Part shown: piece by piece, positions 14,292 through 27,486 of the stretch
How the letters are laid out: each line of letters starts with the position of its first letter
How positions within the stretch are numbered: position 1 is the first letter of the stretch
Source: Hormiphora californensis
Taxonomy: Eukaryota > Animalia > Ctenophora
Length of the DNA stretch: 64,000 nt
Assembly (NCBI GenBank): GCA_020137815.1
Contig: CM035358.1
Coordinates: 5,518,001-5,582,000 of the forward strand
Direction of reading: 5' to 3'
Translations under genes and position numbers: made by a program
The notes under the pieces: model-generated
Databases searched by the model: none
What the model saw: the letters and a program-made list of their open reading frames with translations, nothing else
What the model was told of the DNA's origin: nothing

Positions 14292-14949
14292 GTAGTAATA
14301 GTAGTTTGAATCTGCATGTTATTTGAATGCCAAACCTTCATTTAATTCATTTATCCAGATCCCATTGCTACTTTCGTCTATTTGGTGTTGTATTTAGGAC
14401 AAGCGGTAAAATATAATTAATATCTTTGTTAGAGTTCATTATATTATCTAGTGTCTACTTTTGTCTACATGGCAGGTATCATTTAAAAAGACTTGTTTTA
14501 GTTGCACCTACCAGACATCTTGTCATATCATTTTAGCGGTAGTAGGAGCTGTGTTTGTGTGAAATAATTGGGCAACTTCCATCCACCATGTGGACAAATG
14601 ATGGGGGAATCATACCATTTCAAGAGACTCACTTCCAGTGTCATTTCATGACATATTTCACTCTCACTTTCTTTTTCTTCTCAGATCTTCACCTCCTTAT
14701 TACACTATCTCTCTCTCTCTTCCTGATCTAAACGCTGTTTTTCTCCCATACACCTGAACATATTGTCTCCTCATTGACGCTTCCATCTTTAACCCGTGCT
14801 GTTTGAAATCTTGCACGAGATACCTGAGAATTGTCCTGATAGCAACAATGATCAGCCGCCAGCGTGGCGCCTCGATCAAGGCAAACCTATAATGTTCCTA
14901 ATATCTGCATATTTAATTGGCTTCATTAAATCTTTTAACCTAATTGCTA

Positions 14950-15113
14950 ACACCCGATTCTTTAACACCTGCTCTCTCTTCCTCCCTTGTCCAGGTGTTG
15001 CCATGACACCCGATTCTAACACCTGCTTCCTCTTTCTCCCTTGTTCAGGTGTTGCCATGACACCCGATTCTAACACCTGCTTCCTCTTTCTCCCTTGTTC
15101 AGGTGTTGCCATG
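14950..15113 (+). repeat. Three tandem ~54-bp units, each with a branch-point-like motif, pyrimidine tract and AG acceptor
   Basis: Unit acacccgattctaacacctgcttcctctttctcccttgttcag|gtgttgccatg; exon starts at 14995, 15049, 15103. Confidence 0.9.
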
Positions 15114-15206
15114 GGGACACAGGGGACCGTTCTCGTGTCATCAGCAGTCAATGCCGACAACCAACACTCAGGAAACCTCATCTCACACTCCTGCCGGACT
15201 TTCGAC
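15103..15206 (+). CDS. Kv N-terminal adaptor exon (phase 1 in, phase 0 out; GVAMGTQGTVLVSS...CRTFD)
   Basis: Strong polypyrimidine acceptor and GAC|GTAAGT donor; 104 nt bridges the phase-1 upstream exons to the phase-0 core exon at 22619. Confidence 0.65.
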
Positions 15207-15718
15207 GTAAGTTATATCCGCTGGTTTTAGATCAGGATTGTGGCTTTCTTTGGAATTTTCTAAATTTTGACGACAAAAAATGACCTTAGCGGACAATGAC
15301 TTGACTGTTTAGCGAAGCAATGTTCTTTAGGCCAACTTTCACTAATTACGATTGACGACTAGCAATTGATTTGTATAATGTGTCCCCTTCTTTTCTTTTT
15401 CTCTCGTAATTGAGGATAAGTATACCCCGTATACCCCACCAATTCATTGATAGCTTTTGCCTTTTAGGAAAGTGATCTCACAGCTGACTGCACTAGCCTA
15501 CTATTACACGTGTGCACTGTACGATTATACTGTCTCTTGATCACTTCCATTAACTGGACCCCTCCTCACCCGTGGGCATCACGTGTCATTACTCATTAGT
15601 ACAGATCTCTCTCTCCCTTTCTTCCATTCCATCTTTCTCTCTCTCCCCCTTCTTGACACTTGCATTATCCGATAACCTCTTTCCGTTTTGTCGATTGTTT
15701 TTGCTGTTGCACTGCAAA

Positions 15719-15817
15719 ATGACTTCTGTTGAAGTTGTCACGGCTCGACAGGGCTGTGGCACCGAAGAGGGCTACAGTACAATTATGCATGGTCTTCTTC
15801 TGGTGGGAAATATGATG
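15719..15817 (+). CDS. Candidate alternative first coding exon of Kv (MTSVEVVTARQ...VGNMM, phase 0)
   Basis: AAAATG start, 33 codons, ATG|GTACGT donor, in frame with 22619. Confidence 0.55.
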
Positions 15818-16232
15818 GTACGTATGCAAAATGTATCAAAGGACTGAGGGTCCCCAATTACAGGGGTTCACGCCCATGGCAACCGTTCAAATCATAATAG
15901 GACTGAGAACTCAAGAGAAATACCTAAAGACTATTCTAGGGGGATATGATATTTTATCAGGTGTCTTTGATGGCGAATGGGGTGTAATGATATTGAGTGC
16001 TAGTGTAATTGAATGATCATGCTCATTTGAAGGACTCAACTAAAGTAGTTGAGGAATTTCACCAGTTATTAACTAATAACTTTCCGATGCTGTCCAATTC
16101 TATAATGTTTTTGTGTTGTTCCACTGTAGCAGTTGCCACCGGAGATGCAGAGAGACTAGGATTGAATCAGGTAGGAATTAGTACGTACCCCAGATATCAT
16201 AGCGCCCTGGATATCATATGAAATGAGCCAAC

Positions 16233-16384
16233 ATGAGGCCCCTCGGAAATGTTCATGTCACACACAATCAAGTCACGCCCACCAATCACAGCCCAGAATG
16301 CGCAAAGCACTCCACGGGTTATGAGCTGTGATTGGTGGGCGTGACTTGATTGTGCGCGACATGAAAATTTCCGAGGGGCCTCAT
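16233..16384. mobile_element. Palindromic MITE, possibly PIF/Harbinger-like
   Basis: atgaggcccctcggaaat...atttccgaggggcctcat with ~60-bp arms. Confidence 0.7.
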
Positions 16385-16540
16385 ACCATCAAAACCAGTA
16401 CCAAGTTCATAGGACTCCTTTTAAAAATCAAAAACCAAAAATCAAGTCATGCTTTCGCTGTTGTAGAACTAATCGCCGTGAGCAACCTCGTACTAGGAAT
16501 CCTAGATTTATGCGAATATCCTGCCAACTTAAAGTGTCAA

Positions 16541-16672
<132 letters not shown>

Positions 16673-17497
16673 GAGAACCCAGAGAGCTCTGTCCTTCTAG
16701 AAAACCTTCATAGTAATGCAGCTATTCAAAAGATGACCTATAGAAATACCTTACAAAAGTACATTTAGCATTGCTGCACTTGCCTAGCTAGTTTCGTGGG
16801 CCCCGTAAAGGAGGGTTAGAACATTGCTGCACTGCTACTCGATTTCCTTGTTCAGTAATCGGTAATCTACCATCATATGTACAATGATTTCCATTAGCAT
16901 ATGAACTTTATCTTACTTTCCTTATTTCGCTTCTGACCTCAATCTCTCTTTCAGGCCTTTTTCTGCTTTCTGCATCATAACCTCTTTCCGACCTCTATCT
17001 CTCTTTCAGGCCTTTTTCTGCTTTCTGACCTTTTTCCGACCTCTATCTCTCTCTTTCTCTCATTTGATCATTACCGCCGCCGACTCCCTATGATTATCTG
17101 TAAATGCCTTTAGCAGATTACATAATGGAGTGGACGGTATATTATCTTGTTATGTATACTATATAGCTTGAATGGTATACACACAGTGCAGCACATTGAG
17201 CGCCCTCATTCAGTCATGCACACACATTAAATTATAGGGGAACAACAGACATTTGAATATTACACATGTGTGTGTGTATTCATGTGTGTCTCTTTTGCAT
17301 TCGCGAACAGCTTGACACTGCTTTTTAAGGTTTTCTGTCAACTTTGAGTCTCCCTTGATGAGATTTTGCTTCTTCTGATATTATATCGAGGGTACACATC
17401 TATTTACCTGTCTGTCCTTTATTTCTTTCTCTCTTTTTTTAGGAACCTGGGATACTGCAGGTTCTCCCCCTCATCTTGGTCTTTTCTGATAGCCTGT

Positions 17498-17590
17498 TTG
17501 GTAACGCAATTACCCCTACATTGCGGGCACGCTAAAACGTGCCTTACTATCGCAATGCCCTACAGAGTAGAGGGGTAATTTCGTTACCAA
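17498..17590. mobile_element. 93-bp TIR mini-element flanked by an 18-bp direct repeat
   Basis: ttggtaacgcaattacccct/aggggtaatttcgttaccaa; tcttttctgatagcctgt at 17480-17497 and 17591-17608. Confidence 0.7.
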
Positions 17591-18171
17591 TCTTTTCTGA
17601 TAGCCTGTCTGTCCTTTCATAAGCATATCACTTCCAAGACAATGACGCCTAGAACTCAGTTCATGATATGATTTGTCTATTTTTAGGTAAATGCATATAT
17701 TTAATTTTAAGGAACGGAATTATGAGCTGTTCATTTTATTTTATGGTGCGGCTGATTCATTTAGACCTTCCATAATTATTCAATTGAATTGAAGTAAATA
17801 TCCCAGCTATCATTTAGAGCTCTTCACTCTAAATATATCGCACCAACTTTGAGAAGTCGGAGACGAGGTTACTCCTCCACCCCCCCCCTTTGATCGCACT
17901 AGCTTTTTGCCTCTTCCGACTTCCATCTCTTTATCTCTAGTTGTATTCAAACGTTTGCTTTCTCGAGATAAGATTGACACCTATATCGTGAATGTGTAGC
18001 TAACTCTTGTAACTTTACGAAATAAAAAATGGGATCTTTACTAAAAAAAAGAAGAAATAATTTTAACCACGCTAATTACTCAGAACAGAGATTAAATTGC
18101 AAATTGTGGAAAAGAGAGGAAGAAATCTAGGAGAAATCACCTTCGTAAGACGTGCCACCAGTAGTGCAATT

Positions 18172-18227
<56 letters not shown>

Positions 18228-18505
18228 GGCCATTAGTGGTTGGAACTATATAGTGGTTGGAACAACTTCGCTTGACATGAGTACCTGCTCCTACACACAC
18301 ACACGTACACCCATGCACACACACACCCATAGACTCTCTCAATGTCCCTCTCTCATATCTTTCTCTCTCATATCTTTCTCTCTCTCTCTTCGGGAGTGGA
18401 ACAATCTTGGACAATTTAATCTACATTTTCGTATTACCACCTACAGCTATTCTAGATCGTGATACACCACCTATTTAGCTTGTCCCTTTAGTAGTAGAGT
18501 CGATA

Positions 18506-19415
18506 TTAGGTCATCCAGTATTGATTGTCGTTGGGCTTTTATCGGAAAAATGGTTTGAGATATAGCAAAATGGACTTCACCACTGTTTTTCTCACTCGAT
18601 TTTGGATCGGAATACAATGCCTGATATTGGAATATGGTTGTTCTCGGTTCCCACCAGGCAATTTTCTCTACCCCACTCTTGTTGCCGCTGCAAATGAAAA
18701 ATTGCAATTTTCGAGTTTAAGAACTAAAGCTACTTCTTAAAAATGGTACCAGAGTGATGTTTTGATGCATCAAGCTCGTTCATTGGACAATTATCTATCG
18801 TTTCAGATGTAATAAAACATCCTATTTTTGTTTTTTCACTGAGCAATTGGCTTCCAAAAAGTTTTGGTAAAAATTAGAAACTTTTACTTCCGGGTCTCAT
18901 CAGGATTGGCTTTTAATCAAAAACTCTGCAGTAAAAGATAGTTCTAAGTAAGTTCTAAGACATAGTGAAGCCAATTATGTAATTTGTTGACTTTGAAATT
19001 GACTAATCGATGTTTTCGAACAAACCCCCGAAACGGGCCAGTTTTTTGTTCACTTTTTCGCTTTTTTGTGTAACATTTACTGCTTTAGAGGTTATTAGTG
19101 AACTCGCAGAGACTTAAATCGCATATATAAATCATCCTTGGGCGATTTGCTATCGATTAAGCACCATGGGAGCTTAAAAGAATGTACCAGTTTTCCTAGA
19201 GACTCGTTTTAAAAAGATTGGTAACCCCGTGCAGCGGCAACAAGAGTGGGGTAGATAGAATACCCTGCTGGGAACCGAGAACAACCACATACCAATATCA
19301 GGCATTGTATTCCGATCCAAAATCGAGTGAGAAAAACGGTAGTGAAGTCCATTTTGGTCTATCTCAAACCATTTTCCTATACAAGCCTAACGACAATCAA
19401 TACTGGATGACCTAA
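18506..19415. mobile_element. Mariner-like non-autonomous element
   Basis: TA|TTAGGTCATCCAGTATTG...CAATACTGGATGACCTAA|TA; imperfect arms of ~190 bp. Confidence 0.85.
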
Positions 19416-19997
19416 TATTAGCACACTTGCCCTTTTATAGTTAGCCTTTGCAGTCGAGCCTACTAATTTCAGTCCATGCAGAGCATATTATACTATTCCC
19501 CCATACTCTAAGCGAGGACAGCTTGTCTGACGACCACCACATGCGTGTGTTGATCAGTATGCACATGTTCCAATACGTTTCACTGACCTACCACGTGTAT
19601 TTTGTGATTGATTGGGTACTTCTCCTCTTCTCCGATCTAATCTACTTAGTGCCAAGGTGTGACGCTTTTTCTAGCCGACCATTTCTAATTTGTATACCCC
19701 TTGTTCTCATTCTTTTCGCTTCATATCTCTTCCTTTCTCTCTCTTTATCTCTTCCTTTCTCCCTCTCTATTCATCCTCAAGAGGGCCGATTACCAGTCAA
19801 TGGGTACCTATCATAGGTATCTAAAAGTGTGCATTTTGCGATTCCCTCCTGTTCTTCTTCGCAGTACGAGAGAGAAGGAGGAAGCGTTCAGAACAATCGT
19901 AACGAGTGATATAAGACCCCCAGCAGCAGTAGAGAAAGATGGAGAGAGATGGGAGAGGGAAAGAGAGATCTAGGGGAGATAGATGGAGAGAGAGATA

Positions 19998-20046
<49 letters not shown>

Positions 20047-20506
20047 GCGCTCTACTCTCGCTCCCTCTCATCTCTCTCGCTCCTCCTCTCTAGCGCTCTC
20101 TCGCTCTCTCGCTAGCGATAGATAGATAGCAGAATGTGAATTAATGTGGAGGTCCTCACGGAGATAATGCAGAAATGTATAGTCTTTGGGCGAAGAGACT
20201 ATAGGAGATCTAGTACGAGATAGCGGCTCTCTCGTCTATCTATATCGCGTCTCTAATCTCGTTCGATATATATTCTCTCTTTCTCTCTCTCTCTCTCTTT
20301 TCTCTCTCTCTCGCCCTCTTTTCCTCGTCTAGTAAAAGGGGAGGAGCATTGGGAGTGTGAACATCACAAGACCGTTACGATCGATTCCCCTCTGACTCTG
20401 ACTCTCCCTCTCTCTAGTTCTTGGGACCTTGTATACCACCTGTTTAGTTTGCATTTGTAGGAGCTGTGTAAGCGTTATCGTATAGCAGCAGTTGGCAGAT
20501 AATTAA

Positions 20507-21809
20507 GGGTACACCTGGCGTTTTTCATCATCGAGTGCCCAACCAAATGACTTCACCAGGGTTTAGGCCATACAAAATGGACCTCAAATATGCAATTTTA
20601 GCCCTAAAGTCGAATTCATATTTTTGCTACAGCCTATTTTCAAAGTGGCGTTTTTTCAATTTTTGGTGGAATTTTTAACCTCAGGACCACTTTTTTTGAG
20701 ATAGAAACATTAAATTCTTGGAATTTGAAGAGAATATAAAGGTAAATAAGCCCAAAGAAGGATTTTTGAAATGGAGCTTATTTCTGGCCATGAGAACGGT
20801 TTACTTTTTTGCTTCTTTGACACGCTGGCTGAGAATGTTCCCATGCTTCATTAGAGATGAAAATCTGGAAATAGTTGCTCAAAACGATTATCTATGTGGC
20901 CCAAAAATTTTGGAACTTTCCCGCCAAAGATGTGGTGTACAGGGCTTGTTTTGTGAAACCCATCTTTTTGAAAAAGAGGGAAATTCCCTGTATCTCAAAA
21001 ACGGATGATCGTAGAGACCTGCGACCAAGCTTAATCGATTCAGAAGGTCCGATTTTGGGGGGGTCTTCTGAGAGACATTTTGCTCCTACTCCAACCGTTT
21101 TTGCTGTACTTGCAAAAAACCAATTCTATGAAAAGGGGGAACAACTCTATTCCAGTAGCCTGCTTCGGGCTGATTTCCCCCTTACTTACTGATTCCTTTT
21201 TCGCAATTACAGCAAAAACGGTTGGAGTAGGAGCAAAATGTCTCTCAGAAGACCCCCCCAAAATCGGACCTTCTGAATCGATTAAGCTTGGTCGCAGGTC
21301 TCTACGATCATCCGTTTTTGAGATACAGGGAATTTCCCTCTTTTTCAAAAAGATGGGTTTCACAAAACAAGCCCTGTACACCACATCTTTGGCGGGAAAG
21401 TTCCAAAATTTTTGGGCCACATAGATAATCGTTTTGAGCAACTATTTCCAGATTTTCATCTCTAATGAAGCATGGGAACATTCTCAGCCACCGTGTCAAA
21501 GAAGCAAAAAAGTAAACCGTTCTCATGGCCAGAAATAAGCTCCATTTCAAAAATCCTTCTTTGGGCTTATTTACCTTTATATTCTCTTCAAATTCCAAGA
21601 ATTTAATGTTTCTATCTCAAAAAAAGTGGTCCTGAGGTTAAAAATTCCACCAAAAATTGAAAAAACGCCACTTTGAAAATAGGCTGTAGCAAAAATATGA
21701 ATTCGACTTTAGGGCTAAAATTGCATATTTGAGGTCCATTTTGTATGGCCTAAACCCTGGTGAAGTCATTTGGTTGGGCACTCGATGATGAAAAACGCCA
21801 GGTGTACCC
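20507..21809. mobile_element. TTAA palindromic element, copy 2 (1303 bp)
   Basis: Same termini and TTAA TSD; nearly identical to 9387-10689. Confidence 0.92.
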
Positions 21810-21904
21810 TTAATAGTGTGCACCTCTAGTAAGTTGGGATCAGAGCTACCCAGTGATTCCTCTACTGCAGCAGCTGCCATAGTGCCGCCTCCACCACAGC
21901 CACC

Positions 21905-22021
21905 ATGCGAGTTAGGCTACAAGAGGATGAAGATGTATCGTACAACCCGTTCAGCACTAACACCAGCAGAAGCCGCTCTCCTGCCGCTCACCTAATATGC
22001 CTTGCTCCCTATTCAGAGAAG
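21905..22021 (+). CDS. Proximal alternative first coding exon of Kv (MRVRLQEDEDVSYNPF...APYSEK, phase 0)
   Basis: GCCACCATG context, 39 codons, AAG|GTAGGA donor, in frame with 22619. Confidence 0.65.
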
Positions 22022-22618
22022 GTAGGAGAATGAGAGAATGATTCGTACTATTCGAATATGCTAAGTGTTTATGCAAGCGTGATCCTGTGGGCAGCAGTAA
22101 TTGCGTTTGATTCATACTTTTTTGTTGTTAGTCTCTCTTGAATAAATTGAACTTAAGGAATGAAAGCGTCTTTATTTGTTAAACTTCTCGAAAAAACTGA
22201 GGTACAACTAAATTCTAAAACACAATTTACACCATTATGTCATGACAAATTAAACTATACAGTGTACTAGCAGACTGACTACATATTAGTTTTTAAATTT
22301 GGTATGAATTTGCTGCAGTGGAGACTATTTACAACGAGGTTTACAACCAATAACCATCCGGTTGTTAGCCAAGTGATTGTCTCATAAAAGATTGCCATCT
22401 CCGAACCTGGCCGAATCATGTTGCTGGATTGGAAATAAAGGGCACAAAAAACTTCTTCCCCTGATTGACTGATTCTTAATTGAATTTTAGTGCACTGCTA
22501 AATCGTACTTGAAGTAATTTCCTCCAAACAGCGACAAGAAAAACAATTCTCCCCCTCACTACTTGGTTACCATGGTTACTACTTGGTTACCATGGTACAA
22601 AACAATTCTCCCCCTCAG

Positions 22619-25600
22619 ATGGATGATGACGAAGATGAAGAGCCAGATTTTGATACAATCATAATAAACGTGTCGGGGAAGAAATTCGAAACTTGTCTCA
22701 GGACATTATCACGATTCCCAGACACCAGACTTGGTAGCGTAAAGGTACATATTATACCTTTTTTTAGCGAAGGACAGCCGCCAGGGGAAGGGTGGTAATA
22801 GAATATAGAACCTATTATACTATGTACCTATGTACTACTATACTACTCTGACGGATTTGTGGGGCTGTTAGCCATATCTCAGAACTTGTTTTGTTGAAAC
22901 ATAGAACACCTATCAATTGCAATATAACTCTATTCTCAGACACGGCAACGTTATTGGAACAAATTGAAAAACGAATATTACTTTGACCGGAACCAAGAGG
23001 CGTTTCACGCTGTTTTATATTACTACCAGTCACATGGATCACTCTACATGCCCCCGTCCATACAAGAACACATTTTTTATCAGGTAATTATTATACAGCT
23101 CTGAATTACAATTTAACACAGAGCATTTACTGTAGTATGGTGTTTATTGAAAGGCTGAAGTAGCTAAATAACAATGCGAAGAAGTGTTCAACTAATTACA
23201 GCATACATTTTTCAGGAGTTAGACTTTTGGGGGATACATCCGGAGCATGAAAGAAGAACAGAAAATGGGTTTGCGTTAGTCGACGAAGTTGATCCGCAAA
23301 AGCAGGCACACGACTTTCGCTGGGGCGAAATGCAGAAAACTATGTATATCTTCCTGAATAAACCCAAGTCGAGTTTCGGAGCTCGAATATGGGCTTCCGT
23401 GGACATCTTTGTTATTCTTTGCAGCGTCATTAATTTGGTAAGCAGTCAAACAAATTGATTGGATAAAACCCACACTTTGTTAAACCAAAACGATTTTTTA
23501 AATTACCTCTAGATTTAAGTTTATATTTCTGACCAATATTTTTCCAGGTAGTCGAATCGTATGGGAATAAAAACCGTAGCCCTGGAGATACGACAACGCC
23601 CTACTTCTTTGTCGACGCAACTTGTGTATTATTTTTTAGTACAGATATCATCCTTCGGTGTCTTGTAGCGCCGGTTAGTCAACAAGATTCATATCTCACG
23701 ATATGAGCATATAGATATGATTATTAGTTGGTTTCATTCATTACTTTAAGTGATAAATTTAATTTAACTAATTCTACAATTACTGAACCTTTTATCCTGT
23801 CAGGATATCGGAAATTTTTTCAAAAAGCCTCTAAATTGGTTTGATTTCTTGGCGATTATGCCCTTTTATATGGAACTATCAATGGGAAGTTTTATGCGAT
23901 CGGGAAATCTCAACAACAATATTATTATGCCTTTTAAAATCCTCAGGTATATAAACACACTTGATTTACACACACACTGCACAGTGGTTCTATTTTATAC
24001 ACTACTGTAAATTTCAATTTACCAGGCCCAACAACAGCTTTCTAAGAAAATGGACATTTAACTATTTTATTTTAATAGACTCTTGACTCTCATGTTTCTA
24101 TTGTGACAAGTGAAACAAGGTTTCCGCATCCCCGGATCGAGCACTCTACCAGGATACAAACTTCTAAATCTAACTAGACTCTCATGTTTCGTAATTTTTG
24201 TTCCCTCCAGGATATTCCGGATAACGAGAGTCCTAAAATTAATTCGGCACAGCGGGAGACTTATTCTTATGATCCAGGTATTCATTGCTACCCTACCAGA
24301 AAACTATTGAACGGGTCCCGCGATTAGGGTACACTCAGTCGCATGCTAGATCCATGCTCACCGAAGGGCGAAGGGTGTGAATAAGGGTATCGCGTGGTGA
24401 GCGTGGGGGGATAGAAGCGTAGAGTCTATTTTTGGCCCGAAAAAACAAAAGACGGTTATTAAGCAGTATGCTCCTTTGTCAACAAAAAAAATACGGTTAT
24501 TTAGCCGCCCTCATCAAAAAAAGCAGCATGCTCCTTCATCAAAAAATCTATCTCCAGGTGTTACTGGACTGTGTTTACGAGTTATGTATGTTGCTGGTTA
24601 TCTGGCTAATGGGTGTCTTCATCTTCGGGACAATCATGTTCTACATTGAACATGAACAACCCAACACAGCCTTTAAATCCATCATGCATTCCTGCTGGTG
24701 GAGTGTGGTCTCCATGTCAACGGTATGTGAGTTTTGGCAAATTGCCCACAGTGATTTGTGCATCCATGGTGTTACCATGGTAATAACAATCGACTTTCGT
24801 GTGTGTGACATGATGAGAGTTTTAAGCATTCAAAACAATATCCCCTAACCTGGGGTTTCTTAAGATGTACGTGTGTGCGTGTGAAACTTTCTTCAAAAAG
24901 ATCATTATATCCCCAAAATAAATCAAAGCCTAGAAAATAGAGAATGAAGCGACCATGTGTAATCGAGTGTGTGCGTGTGGGAGCCCTTAAAACATCATCA
25001 TCCAAAATTTCATCCATATCCAGTCCCTCTCTCGTAGAGAGTCCCTGGATAACAAGAATTTACAAATGTTCTCCCCCTCTCTTGCTAACTACTAGGTTGG
25101 CTATGGAGATATGTATCCTACAACAGCCATAGGAAAGGTGGTAACCTCGGTCCTAGTTTTCTGTTCCATGGTATTCCTTGCCCTGCCGATGACCATCATT
25201 GTGTCAAAGTTTAATAAGGCGTTCGAGACTCTGAAAAAGCCCAGGAGAAAGTCCGCCAAACCACCGAGATCGGCGGGGAGTGGAGGACGAGGAGGAGGAG
25301 GAAATCAGTAGATCTAGTGAGGATACATCTCGTCTTTGTATTCTTTAATGTGTTCTAGCTATATAGTCTCCTCTATCTTCCTCTATCTTTCTACTAATCT
25401 CTCTCTTTAGTGGGTGCTATAAAGTATTCTAAACGAACTGATCTGCAATCTCCGAACTTTTCGAAACAAAAAGGAATTTTGAGGGTTTTGAAGATTTCTT
25501 TTTAAAATTAGTATAGGTTGATTTCTCTTCGATAAAACTGAATAAGGTTGATTTCTCTTCAATAAAAACTGAATAACAATCTGACTTCTGACTTCTCTTT

Positions 25601-26424
25601 TACCCCCTCCCTTTGTACAATTGTGATGCTGACAACTGGTCTTGCCATACCTTCAACTTGCAGCTCTGATCTACACAAAAACATCTTCCCTCTTCTTCTA
25701 AGAAGAGAAGAAGAAAATCTTCCCTCTTCTTCTAAGAAAAGATGAAGAAAATCTTTCCTATTCTTTTTAGAATAGAAGAACATCTTCCCTGATAATGTTT
25801 CCTTTATCTTCCTGAACTTCTTTTTTCTGTGAATCAACCTGCGTGTACCACTGATCTTGTGATTGAAGCATGAAAAGAATGAATGTAGTGTGTGTGTTCA
25901 TTAAACAACGTACCCTCTAATAACTGATCCTAATAGTTCTTTAAGCATGACAACCGCACTCCTAAAGACCTTTTTTTCAACTGTTCACCCCCCCCCCTTG
26001 TCGTGCCCAACACGTGCACGAGTTTGGGGTGAATAGTTTTAAAAAAATGGACTTTACACTCACATGACATCTCATCCTAACTCCCCTCTCCCCTCTTCAG
26101 GTGGGATACGGTGATATGTACCCAGAAACCTGGATTGGTAAAATCGTTGCATCTATTCTAGTCTTCGTCTCCATGGTCTACCTGGCCCTTCCAATGACGA
26201 TCATCGTATCCAAATTCAACAAGGCCTTCGAGAAATTCAAACCGGAGAGCGAAAAAAGGGAGCAAGAGGCAGCGATGAGAGAGTCAGCGAAGCAGCGGAT
26301 GCATCATTCCTCACCACAACATCAAAAGACTGAAAATTGTAACAACAGTGTCGGCAGTAGGAGGGCTCCATCATACTCAAAACTGGATAAAATACCCCCG
26401 CCGGGGAGCGAGTTGAACACCTAG
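22619..26424 (+). CDS. Voltage-gated potassium channel, Shaker superfamily (T1/BTB + S1-S6)
   Basis: Exons 22619-22744, 22940-23083, 23216-23437, 23548-23673, 23804-23946, 24211-24277, 24558-24722, then 25096-25311 or 26101-26424; all GT-AG and phase-consistent. Motifs: INVSGKKFET, FPDTRLG, YYFDRN, ELDFWG (T1); S4 KILRIFRITRVLKLIRHS; pore WWSVVSMSTVGYGDMYP. Confidence 0.95.
25096..25311 (+). CDS. Kv alternative terminal exon A (VGYGD filter, S6, short basic C-tail)
   Basis: ctaactactag|GTTGGCTATGGAGAT; VGYGDMYPTTAIGKVVTSVLVFCSMVFLALPMTIIVSKFNKAF...stop. Confidence 0.88.
   Translation, partial: VGYGDMYPTTAIGKVVTSVLVFCSMVFLALPMTIIVSKFNKAFETLKKPRRKSAKPPRSAGSGGRGGGGNQ
26101..26424 (+). CDS. Kv alternative terminal exon B (VGYGD filter, S6, longer C-tail)
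   Basis: ctaac...cctcttcag|GTGGGATACGGTGAT; VGYGDMYPETWIGKIVASILVFVSMVYLALPMTIIVSKFNKAF...stop. Confidence 0.9.
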   Translation: MGYGDMYPETWIGKIVASILVFVSMVYLALPMTIIVSKFNKAFEKFKPESEKREQEAAMRESAKQRMHHSSPQHQKTENCNNSVGSRRAPSYSKLDKIPPPGSELNT

Positions 26425-27486
26425 CGCCCCCGGGAGTTGCAAATTGTAAAATGTATAGGGACCGCATACTCAGCTCTTGTGAATGAATTGTGAATTATAT
26501 TGTAGAAACAAGGGTGAGATCTGATTATTATCATTTTGAGGCATATTGTACATGATGATATAGAAAGGGGTCTAGGATTCATGAATACAATTTATCTGTT
26601 CACTAGATACAGGAAAGCTATAATTCGACCTGATGTTTGAGAAAGCTAGAAATGCTGTTGAATGGCAATAGTTTTATTGGGTCGAGAGAATATATAATGT
26701 GAGATTGTGAGAGAGAATTTCTCTCAGAGAAAAAGGGAGAAAGATCAGGGAGTGAATCCCGCAAAAAATGGACAATATAAAGTGGGACGAGGGAATTACA
26801 TTGAGGGTACAAAACAGTGCATAGTAGTTGTAGAGTCAGAGAGGAGTAAATTGAGAGGTGCTATAGTAATGATTAACGCTATTTCACAATATTTTGAGGT
26901 GAGGTGAGGTGGAGATGAGGATTGAAACGAGAGATATTCGAAGAATGTGAGAGGTTTGCGGAGAAAACTGAGAGAGAGAGGAGGAGGGAGAGAGAAGGAG
27001 GGAGAGTGAGAAAAGAAGTGAGAGAAAGAGATACGAGTGTTTGTGTGAGTGAGAGAGTGAGATTTGTGTACCGCGTTTTTAGTTGCATGAGAATGTAATA
27101 TTCTGTTGCAATCTTATTTCGATTTTTTTGCGCTTTTTACAAAAAGAATTAGCTAGTTTTACTAATCCAGAAAAAGCCGAAAGTAATTGAAAAAACGAGA
27201 GAGGCAGCTCAGCAGACCCCCCCCCCCCCATTAAAAAATGGCAAAACATCATACCTCATATAAACCGGTGATCCGGATTCCAGGGGTTAAAGCAAATGCA
27301 GAAAACAATTGACAAGTAACGATATTCCATCAACACAGCTGTCCGAGTGGCGGTGAACGAGAAAATACACAGCACACACACGAACAACCAAACGAGCAGC
27401 AGAGTGTGAAAATGATAAACTTTTCGCGCGCAAATTCTTGTTACACACGAAACGGAGAAGAATTCTCACGCCTCGGCCTTCTTCTA

